Source: a virus
Reading direction: 5' to 3' (one strand)
DNA: 64,000 bases
IMG/VR virus record: IMGVR_UViG_3300045988_096313
Span: 32,001 to 96,000 of that record
A program made the position numbers and the translations under genes. The notes under the pieces were generated by a model. The model did not search any database. It was not told the DNA's origin and worked only from the letters and a program-made list of their open reading frames with translations. Of the stretch, positions 8,092-17,600 are shown one piece after another (the first letter of the stretch is position 1; the number at the start of each line of letters is the position of its first letter).

Positions 8092-9374
8092 TGGCAAAAA
8101 CACATTCCGTTTATTATCCGTTATATAACGACAAGACGCATTTCATTTACCTTATTACAGGAAGCCGTGCGTCAGGAAAAAGTTTCTCTGTCTCTCAGTT
8201 TATCGAAAGGCTTACTTTTGAATACAATGCCGAAAGGAAGATAGCGCATAAGATTCTTTATACACGTTACACGATGGTAAGTGCCGCTATTTCCGTAATT
8301 CCAGAGGTTAAAGAGAAGATAGAGATTGATGGCACACAGGATTACTTCAAGAATACTAAGACAGATATTGTCAACAAAATGACAGGAGCTGAAATCATGT
8401 TCCGTGGTATCAATACTTCTAGTGGTAATCAGACTGCTAAGTTGAAGTCTATTCATGGCGTGACTATATTTGTTGTTGATGAGGCTGAGGAGTGGACTAG
8501 TGAGGAAGACTTTGAGCGAATTATGCTCTCAATCCGTCAGAAAGGCTTGCACAACCGAGTAATAATCATTATGAACCCATGTGATTCTAATCATTGGGTA
8601 TATAAGCGTTTTATAGAAAAGACACACAAAGAGGTCTACTTTGATGGCGTTCCCGTCCAGATCAGTACCGACCCTAGAGTGCTTCATATACATACAACAT
8701 ACCTTGACAACATAAAGCATCTGTCACCGGAGTTCCTTAACGAGGTATTGGAAATGAAGGAGAAAGAACCTGAGAAATATGCGCATATAATGATTGGCAG
8801 ATGGTTAGATGTCTCTGAAGGTGCTATATTCAAGCATGTAGGTATCGTTGACAAGTTCCCTAGTAACGCTAGGAAAGTAGCCATCGGTGTAGACTGGGGA
8901 TATTCGAAAGACTATACTGCTATTGTGAAGTGCGGTATAGTTGACAATCGTCTTTATATAGAGGAACTTTGTTATAAAACGGAAATGTTGTCTAGTGACA
9001 TCATAAGATTCTTGCGCCCTTATGCGGACGAAGGCTTGTTTGTGTATGCAGATAGTGCTGACCCTAGACTTATAGATGAGGTAGCTCTTGGTGGAATAGT
9101 CATATATGGAGCACAAAAGGGTGCTGGTTCGATATTGGCTGGTATTGACAAGATGCAGACATTCGAAATCTTCACAACTAGGCAATCAGTCCATTTACAG
9201 AGCGAGTTCCGTAAATATGTGTGGTCAAAGGATAAGGATGGTAATTATATCAATGTTCCGGAAGACCATGACAATCATTTAATAGATGCTGCTAGGTATT
9301 ATATTCTTGCTGTATTACTCGGTAAGGTGATGAAGCCAAGGAAAGCATCTAAATCAGACTTAGGAGTGTACTAA
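8091..9374 (+). CDS. terL: terminase large subunit
   Basis: Walker A-like ITGSRASGKSFS and Walker B-like IFVVDEAEE. C-terminal nuclease-type acidic motifs (ADSADPRLI, EDHDNHLIDAARY). Confidence 0.88.
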   Translation: MAKTHSVYYPLYNDKTHFIYLITGSRASGKSFSVSQFIERLTFEYNAERKIAHKILYTRYTMVSAAISVIPEVKEKIEIDGTQDYFKNTKTDIVNKMTGAEIMFRGINTSSGNQTAKLKSIHGVTIFVVDEAEEWTSEEDFERIMLSIRQKGLHNRVIIIMNPCDSNHWVYKRFIEKTHKEVYFDGVPVQISTDPRVLHIHTTYLDNIKHLSPEFLNEVLEMKEKEPEKYAHIMIGRWLDVSEGAIFKHVGIVDKFPSNARKVAIGVDWGYSKDYTAIVKCGIVDNRLYIEELCYKTEMLSSDIIRFLRPYADEGLFVYADSADPRLIDEVALGGIVIYGAQKGAGSILAGIDKMQTFEIFTTRQSVHLQSEFRKYVWSKDKDGNYINVPEDHDNHLIDAARYYILAVLLGKVMKPRKASKSDLGVY

Positions 9375-9480
9375 ATGACAAATATAATTACTTTTGTAAG
9401 AAAAATACAAGTGTTTAAATATTAGATAGTTAGTGTAAGTACTCTATAAGGGTGAATAAACGTCTAGTGTAAATAAAAAA

Positions 9481-9527
9481 GATTGTTTACTAAATAAAGA
9501 TATATTCTTTAGTAAATAGTCTTTTTT
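9481..9527 (+). terminator. intrinsic terminator after terL
   Basis: A 14-bp stem (two G-T wobbles), GATTGTTTACTAAA/TTTAGTAAATAGTC, followed by TTTTTT. Confidence 0.75.
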
Positions 9528-9530
9528 ATT

Positions 9531-9547
9531 CACTTAAAAACTAAGTG
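9531..9547 (+). promoter_or_regulatory. CAC-N11-GTG dyad (CACTTAAAAACTAAGTG)
   Basis: Palindromic arms CACTTA/TAAGTG. The first C lies 61 nt upstream of the -7 box at 9592. Confidence 0.55.
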
Positions 9548-9591
9548 AAAGGCATACGTAGATTAAAGTGTGTAGAAACCCTGTTTATTAT

Positions 9592-9599
9592 TACCTTTG
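9592..9599 (+). promoter_or_regulatory. -7 promoter box TACCTTTG (portal promoter)
   Basis: Matches TAnnTTTG. Lies 19 nt upstream of ATG 9618. Confidence 0.6.
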
Positions 9600-9617
9600 C
9601 TTCAAAAAGTTATAAGG

Positions 9618-11030
9618 ATGTTTGTAGATTCAATTATTCAGATAAAGACATATTTTCGAAACCTCACGCTCAACGCATTGGGTGTGGAGAGAAGCATCTT
9701 CGAACGTTTGGAAGATAATGATGTTGATTCTGTCGTAAACATGATGGAACAACATGATTTCGATGTGGATAATGCTATTTCGGAATATAATCCGCAAACT
9801 CACAAGGTGATGAGCCGTGAGGATAAATGGGTAAAGGGAGAGAAGCCATATAGGACGGAGAAGTTGGCAAGGACAAGACAGAGATACATTAATGAGGTAG
9901 AATTGTTTTTTTTGTTAGGTAATCCGGTAATGTGGAAGAAGACTGAAGGTGATGATGAAGCCTTTGAGTTATACAAAAAATACTTGAAGGATATATACTT
10001 CAATACCAAACTACGCCAATGCAAGCGACTTGCAGGTTCGGAAACCGAAAGCGGTTTTGTTTTTAATTTCTCGCAAAAAAACGGAAAAATGCATGTTGAT
10101 GTGTATGTTGCAGCTCGTTCAAAGGGACATAAGATGAGAGAGTTGTTTGACCAGTATGGAAACATGCTTGCTTTTGCTATTGGTTATTCCTTAAAGCGAG
10201 AGTCAAAGACTATCGAATGTTGGGATATATTGACATCCGTTTTTAACTATCATTGTGAACGTGGTGGCTTTGGGTGGAAAGTGTATAAGTATCCTAATCC
10301 GACAGGAAAAATTAATGGCATTTATTTTCGTCAGCCAAAGGCATGGGAAGGAGCAGAACCGAGAATGGAACGTGAAGAAATGCTTGATTCCAAGATAGGA
10401 GATACTAACAACTACTTTGCTGACCCTATTGCCGCTGCAACTGCTGACGTGATACAATCAATCCCTAAGCGGAACAAGCCAGGTAAACTCATACAACTTA
10501 CAGGCAAGAACTCTAGGTTTGAATATATCAACCCACCTCAGAATTCCGAAATCCGCAAGGCAGAGAAAGAAGACTTGGCTCAGTCTATATTGTTTGATAC
10601 GTTTACACCGGATATGTCACCGGAACTGATGAAAGCTATGAGTACGCTTACAAGTGTAGGCATAAAACGAGCGTTGGTATTGGGTTACATCAAACGAGCG
10701 AACCGAATGGAAATCTATGAAGAACTTGTCGGTAGATTATCGCATGTGATTATAGCCGTTATGAAGGAACTATATCCTGAGATGAGAAGCAAGTTGGATA
10801 AGCTGGAAGTGGAGTTCGATTTCGCAGAGCCGTTCGAGGATGACAAAAAGGATAAGTGGAAAGTAATAGCGGAACTATACAATCAAGGTGTACTATCATT
10901 GGAGACTGCTGTTCAAATGTTGGCTCTTACTGATGCTCCTGCTGAAGAAATCGAAAAGATACGCAAAGATTCAGAAGATAAAGTAGCATTAGCTGCAAAA
11001 GTAAAGGGAAACGAAAACACAACTTCATAA
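9618..11030 (+). CDS. portal protein (SPP1 gp6-like)
   Basis: About 470 aa, immediately after the terminase genes. Start moved to the first ATG after the promoter, because the ORF-track TTG at 9597 lies inside the -7 box. Confidence 0.7.
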   Translation: MFVDSIIQIKTYFRNLTLNALGVERSIFERLEDNDVDSVVNMMEQHDFDVDNAISEYNPQTHKVMSREDKWVKGEKPYRTEKLARTRQRYINEVELFFLLGNPVMWKKTEGDDEAFELYKKYLKDIYFNTKLRQCKRLAGSETESGFVFNFSQKNGKMHVDVYVAARSKGHKMRELFDQYGNMLAFAIGYSLKRESKTIECWDILTSVFNYHCERGGFGWKVYKYPNPTGKINGIYFRQPKAWEGAEPRMEREEMLDSKIGDTNNYFADPIAAATADVIQSIPKRNKPGKLIQLTGKNSRFEYINPPQNSEIRKAEKEDLAQSILFDTFTPDMSPELMKAMSTLTSVGIKRALVLGYIKRANRMEIYEELVGRLSHVIIAVMKELYPEMRSKLDKLEVEFDFAEPFEDDKKDKWKVIAELYNQGVLSLETAVQMLALTDAPAEEIEKIRKDSEDKVALAAKVKGNENTTS

Positions 11031-11051
11031 TTTTAAATACTTATTGTTTTT

Positions 11052-11085
11052 GGGCGCATTTCCTGTTGGGATTTGCGCCCTTTTT
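11052..11085 (+). terminator. intrinsic terminator after portal
   Basis: GGGCGCA/TGCGCCC stem followed by TTTTT. Confidence 0.75.
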
Positions 11086-11086
11086 G

Positions 11087-11103
11087 CACTTAAATTTTAA
11101 GTG
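11087..11103 (+). promoter_or_regulatory. CAC-N11-GTG dyad (CACTTAAATTTTAAGTG)
   Basis: 7-bp arms CACTTAA/TTAAGTG. The first C lies 61 nt upstream of the -7 box at 11148. Confidence 0.55.
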
Positions 11104-11147
11104 AAAGCATTGTGGTAAAAATATAATATTATTCCTCATTTTGTTTT

Positions 11148-11155
11148 TAACTTTG
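11148..11155 (+). promoter_or_regulatory. -7 promoter box TAACTTTG
   Basis: Matches TAnnTTTG. It lies only 5 nt before ATG 11161, implying a near-leaderless transcript. Confidence 0.45.
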
Positions 11156-11160
11156 TTGGC

Positions 11161-11646
11161 ATGAACACGAATGAACTTATCATAAACGGAAAAGATGCTT
11201 GGACTACCTATCGGGTCAAGATGGGGTATGGCTTTTTGGATGCGTTGGAAGCTGACGCAGACAATAAAAGTTATATTACCAATGAAGTAAGGACAGAGAA
11301 TGGAACTAGGGTAGTTCCTATCCGTCCAAAAAAGGCTGAAAGAAGTATAACCTTGGAGTTCGTTATTGTCGGTAAAGACCATAATGATTACAACAATAGG
11401 GTAAAAGCCTTTGATACACTTATGGATAATGGTTTTGTTACGATACAGGTTCCGAAGTCGAAGGATGATGTCTATCGTTTGTTTTGTGCGAGGAAGTCGC
11501 CTACCTATTCAAGAGGAAAAGGAGGGGTTATAGGCAAGAAGAGTTTGAAGTTTGTAGAATATAATCCTACTAATAGGGGAGTGTTGACGGATTCAGATAT
11601 TGATATGTTCACGTTGAAAGAATTTGAGGATATAGAGCAATTATGA
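11161..11646 (+). CDS. distal tail protein (Dit)-like / phage tail family protein
   Basis: 161 aa, directly upstream of the giant fibre or tail-tip gene. The call rests mainly on position. Confidence 0.45.
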   Translation: MNTNELIINGKDAWTTYRVKMGYGFLDALEADADNKSYITNEVRTENGTRVVPIRPKKAERSITLEFVIVGKDHNDYNNRVKAFDTLMDNGFVTIQVPKSKDDVYRLFCARKSPTYSRGKGGVIGKKSLKFVEYNPTNRGVLTDSDIDMFTLKEFEDIEQL

Positions 11647-11694
11647 AAACTTACAAGGATATTGAGCGATTATGAAAACTTACAAGGATATTGA
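11641..11694 (+). repeat. 29-bp-period tandem duplication of the fibre start region
   Basis: TTATGAAAACTTACAAGGATATTGA occurs at 11641..11665 and again at 11670..11694. The first copy gives a 9-codon mini-ORF overlapping the Dit stop. Confidence 0.9.
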
Positions 11695-14600
11695 TATAAA
11701 GTATTACGATAATGACGGAAACATACATGTAAGATGTTCTGTTCCCGTAACACAGGATGCATTGGTTCACTATGAATTAATGCAGTCCCACTATTGTAAG
11801 CTTTCCTTTAAGCTTACTAAGCCTACATATTTCTTACTTGGTGATTTTATAGATACACCATATGGACGATTTGAACTAATAGACTTAATTAAGGCCAAGG
11901 ATAATGATACTATTGGATATTCCTATGAGATACAATTTGATGCATATTATCGTAAGTTAAAGAATAAGATCTTGAAGTATCGCCCTAATACAGGTTCACA
12001 AGAAGCGACATTCTCTCTTACTTCAAAAATAAGCACCCATGTAGAGGTGATTATGAAAAGTTTAGCTTATTATGCGAAGTTAGACAAGTCTTATCTTTAC
12101 GACCCTAAATTTGAAGGCGAAGGTACGGACTATACTTATGTTATTGATGCGAGCGTAGACGCAAATGCTGCAAAGCTTATAACCTACTCAAACACAAGTA
12201 TGTTGGATGCTATTGCAAATATTGCTCAGACGTTTGAATGTGAATGGTGGTTTGAAGGCAATATTCTACATTTTGGTACTTGCGAGAATACAAATGCGAT
12301 TGTTGATTTCAGACTAAACGACAACATCGTTTCTATGTCAAGTTCGCAAAGCCAGTCCACTTATGCAAACAGGGTATATGCTTTTGGAGCTGCAAGGAAC
12401 TTGCCTAGTGGATATAAGAATGATGCAGATGCGGACATAACAAAGGATGGTGTTGTAGAAAAACGTCTCATGCTTCCTACTTCAGCAGAATGCTCTGACA
12501 AAAACAAGCAATTGTTAGCAGAGAATGGCTTTGAGCTGAAAAACGGATATATACAAGTCGGTGGACTCCATGAAGACCAGTATGTAGAGGGAGTAACAAC
12601 AAATGATGATATTTATCCAAGAAACCTTATCAAAACGTCTAAGGTGACATCATACGAAAAAGATGTAGAGGATGAAAGTACGCCCGAAGAGGGTGATTAC
12701 ATCAAACGGACTTTCTATCGTGTAAATTCGCTTACTATTGTCAATGATGATGGCGAAAAAACAGGTGATATGGCTTTCCGAAAGGCGTATATTCTTAGTG
12801 GTAAGAATTTACATATAGTGTTCCAAAGCGGTTCACTTAATGGTATGGACTTCGAGTGTGAGTTTAATCCAGATGGAGTTTCGGAAATACTTAGAGATAA
12901 TGATGGCAATCCGATTTTAAAGTATGGAAAGGAACAGATAAATCCAAAATCACAGGTCTTTGAGATTGTTGCTAATGAGGATTATGGTCGTTTTTTGCCG
13001 GACACGGCATTACACCCAAAAGATGGAGATACTTTTGTTCTCTATAATTGGGATTCTACCAAATTGGGCGATACTTTGGTTTCTGCTGCTTCGAATGAGT
13101 TGTTGACGGACGCTATTAAAAATTTGAAGAAGTCTATGATAGACCCTACGACATATACATGTACCGCTGAGGCTAATTATTCATTCAGTCAAGGTCGTGG
13201 CAACTTTCATGGGGTAGGAGACAGGGTTAACCTTTACAATAAGGGTTATGATGACAGCTATAGGTCTTCAAGAATTATCGGCTATGAACTTAATTTGGAT
13301 ATTCCTTATGATGGAGCAAAATATTATGTCGGAGAAAAACCGTCATATTCACGGCTCAATGCAATGGAGTCTAAAATTGAGGAACTTGTTTATAACGGAC
13401 AGAGTTATCTTAATGGCAATGGAGGCGGTGGAAAATCAATTTACATTATTAAAAGTTACGACAAGACTGCACCTACTGATTACAATGTGTATTCCGCAAA
13501 GGCTGTTGACGAGCAAAGATTAAACAAACTTAAGGATGACACCGCCAAGGGAACTATCACTTGGGAGAAGGTGCAGAAGCTTCTAAGTGGTTTGCTTATC
13601 GGTAACTCCAACAATGAGAACGGAGGCTCGTGGACTCCAGATGCAGAAGGTCGTTCGCACCTCATCACAGATTACTTGGAGGTAAGAATGAAGGCTATCT
13701 TCGAGGAGCTGGTCATTAATAAAACATCCACCATCGGTGGTAAGGAGATAATCTCTCCTGCTGGTGGCGTGGTGGCTCATAAGGTAGAAGAAGTTACTGT
13801 GACATACAATAATGTGTCACAGAAGGCTTATCGTTGCTATTTCTTAGCAGAGCAAGACGGCGACAAGATAGACAACGACTTTGTTGTTGAAGACCAAGTG
13901 CGCTCGGAGTCATTCAACTTGAATGCAGGAAAGTACCACAAGACAGGCAACCACTTCTTTTGGCGATTGGCAATCGGTCGTGACGAGGAACCTGTAGAGT
14001 TGGAAGGAAAGAAATACCATTACATCGACCTCTCGGAAACGGATTGCGCAACAGGTAGCGATGTTCCTATGAAGGGCGATGTACTCAGCCAATGCGGTAA
14101 CAGAAGCGACCCTATGAGACAGAGCTGCTTGGTATTCTCTTCGGTAGATACCTATTCGCCATCCATTAGCCTCTATCACGGCATCAACAGCTATTCCTTT
14201 GCCAATAGGGAGTATGTGGAATATGGTGTGAATAAGCAGACTAACAAGGCATTCTTCCACGTCTACGGAGATATGTACTTCGGAGACCGACCTACTAGTG
14301 CCAATAACTACGAGGGTGATTCCTACGTCAAGTATGATAGCGACAAGAAGAAAGTAACCATCAAGGGAGACTTGGATATTAAGTCCACCTATGATGGCAA
14401 AACCTTGGATAAGTATATCGCAGACAAGAGTTTGGATAAGAATGCCGTTGAGACCATTATCAAGAAATCGGAGACGATTATCGACCTTCAAAACCAGATA
14501 GACGGTGCAATCGAGACATGGTTCTACGATGGCGTTCCTACATTGAAAAATGAGCCAGCAGTCGGATGGGACACGGACATGATGAAAAACCATCTTGGGG

Positions 14601-17600
14601 ATTTGTATTATGACAATAAGACGGGCAAGGCATACCGCTTTGCCAAGGATGGCTCTACCTATAAGTGGATTATCATCACAGACACGGAACTGACCAAGGC
14701 ACTCGAAGATTCAAGCCAAGCACTCAAAGATGCAAAATCAAAGAGACGTATCTTCGGCTCTCAGCCAGTTCCACCATACGACGTGAACGATATGTGGGTC
14801 AATGCCACCTATCCTAGCGATGGAAGTACCTACAAGAATGAAATCTTGAAGTGTTCCACCTCCAAGGCAGAAGGTGAAGAGTTTGATATTGCCGATTGGA
14901 AATTGGCTAGCAAGTATACCGATGACACGAAGGCAGAGGAAGCAAAGAAAGCTGCTGAGAAGGCGCAAGCAGAGATTAAGGACACGCAAACTAATTTGAT
15001 TGCCCTCGGAACGACCGTATCTAACAATAAGAAGGCTTTCGATGCTTTTACCTCTGATGGCTACTTGGATAGTTCTGAGATTGCGGCTATTGCGCAGGAT
15101 AGCAAGCGTTTGGAGGACGATTATAATGCAGCCGTTGAGTCGTATAATAATGTTGTTGGCTCTAAGTTCTTGTTAGATAAGGATGGTAAAGAAACGACCT
15201 ATAAAACGGATTTGGTTTCAGCTAAGGCTACACTCGATAGCGCAAAAAATGAACTCATTACCTATCTTTCTGACATCGTAAGCAGATACAACGCTTCTGA
15301 TTCCAATGAAAAGGCTACCATCAAGGCGGCTGCGGCTCAGAAGTATACCAACTTCACCAATGCTTATAAGGCTTTCTACGACAAGCTGGGTGTGGCGAAC
15401 AACTATATCACGTCTAATCTGTTTGATGGTCTCAATACTAAGCTCATCACCAATATGGCTGGTCTTGAATACATCAAGGCTGCACTTGTTGATGGAGACA
15501 CAGTAGTCAAGGGTGGTCTTATCCTCTCTACATTGATAGCCTTACGTAACGATAAGGGAAATGTTACCGCAGGTATCAATGGAGCGGACACGAAGGAGAA
15601 TGGCATCGCCCTTTGGCTTGGTGGTAAGGCTATCGACAAGCAAGCCTCCACGACAACAGAGGAAGAGAAGAAAATTGCTGCCAAGTCCCTCCTACGCTTT
15701 GACGGAACTGGCTACTTCGCCAACGGCAACCTTTGGTGGGACGCAGATGGTACTTTGCACGCAGACCCGACATCTTTCATTATCAACAAGAATAATGTTG
15801 GTGTACAGCTTGCTCTCTTCGCACCTGTATGGAAGAGCGGAACGACCGACACAACAAAGCTGGCAAACGTATTATCTATCGACCCACAGAAGCCTTTCAC
15901 TCATCTTGACGTATCGGGTAACGTGACAACCGAAGGCAGCTTGAAAATTGGTGGAATCTATCTATCGTATGATAGTACCAACAATGCCCTTCGACTATCC
16001 AAGGATGCGGCAGGAAAGGAGGCTGCTAACTTCTATGCTCTTGGTGGTATTACCGCATACGGAAAAGGTGCAGGTACTTCTGGCGGTGGTGGCGGCTTGA
16101 ACGGCAGTGTGAAGAGTTATTCAAATGCCTTGAAACTTACATCAGAATCGCTGAATGAGATTGCCTCTGCCTACTCCATCAAGGCTCTTGATTCTCGTAT
16201 CTCCAGCCTAGAAGGTGGTAGTGCTACTGCTATTTCTGTCAGCGGTAGCGGTAATGCGGTTACGTCTGTCACCAAGAATGGTACTACTATCAGCGTAGTT
16301 AAAGGTGCAACGTTCCTCACCAGTCATCAGTCACTTGATGGTTACGTTAATGCAATATCTGTAAGTGGAAGTGGGAATGCTATCACGTCTGTATCTAAAA
16401 GCGGAAAGGGTATTACATTTACTAAAGGTGCTACATTTTTAACTTCTCACCAAAGTCTTGCTAACTATTATACCAAAAGTAGTGTAGATTCACTTCTTAG
16501 TGGTAAGTCGGCAACTAGTCATACACATAGTGTTAAGATTAACGGTGTTACTAAAACTATTGCAGCTACTGGTGGAACTGCTGTAGATTTAGGTACTTAT
16601 CTTACTTCTCATCAATCTTTAGCAAATTATGTTACTACTACAGATAGTAGACTTAGTGATAGTCGTTATCCTAAATTTGCTAATCGTACTTGGTATTTAG
16701 TAGGATACGATGCTTATATTGGCGACCATAATTTAAGTGGTTATTTTTGTGTTAAAAGTGCTAATGATAGTACTCGAGTTGGTATTTCATTATGGAATCG
16801 TGCTGAAAATGATTATGCTAATATATGGTTCGATAATACAAATATAAACCTTGATAAACAACTTGTTATGAATAACAAGCGTATTTGGATTCAAGGTGTC
16901 GGTACTGCTGGAGGTAATAATAATAGACTTACTCTTGTAGCAGGTATGCCTAGCGGATTAGCATATAATACTTCATGCCGTGGAACGATTCTTTATTCTA
17001 ACGGTATAGCATTTGCTGACCCATATAATGGTAAATCAAATAATGATAGTGGATGGATTAGACATTTAGAAACTTCTGGTAATAGTGGAACTTTAGAAAT
17101 AGCAGTAGGTGATGATGCTTCAAATGAAGAAATTCATTTCAGATGGTATGATACTACTCCAACTTCAGAACATATAAGATATGATATAACTGTTCCTAGA
17201 GCTACAGGTACTTTAGCTTTAACTAGTCAAATACCTACTTCTCTTAAATCTCCAAATTCATTATCTTGGAGTGGTTATAATACAGGTTCTTATGATGGTT
17301 CTAGTCCTAAAAGTTTTGTTATACCTAGTAATACTAATCAGTTAACTAATGGAGCTGGTTTTATAACTTCTAGTGCTAGCATTAGTGGTAATGCTGCTAC
17401 AGCAACAAATGCTGATAAACTTGATGGTATACACGCTAATGGTCTTCTCACTGCTATATCTAATTCCGATAAAGGTATTAGTATAACAGTTGGCGGAACT
17501 ACTAAAAGTGTTAGTAATATTAGTGTTAACTATGCTAGTAGTGCTGGAAATGCTGATACTGTTGATGGTTATCATGAAAGTTCATTTCTTAGATATAGAG

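Noticed and set aside
9529-9549. The hairpin TTCACTTA-AAAAC-TAAGTGAA as a second terminator after terL, or as another copy of the AAAAACTG tail motif.
   Set aside because: - No T tract follows it.
- The same CAC-N11-GTG dyad recurs at a fixed distance from three -7 boxes, so a DNA-level activator site explains it better.
- The AAAAACT in its loop is probably coincidental.
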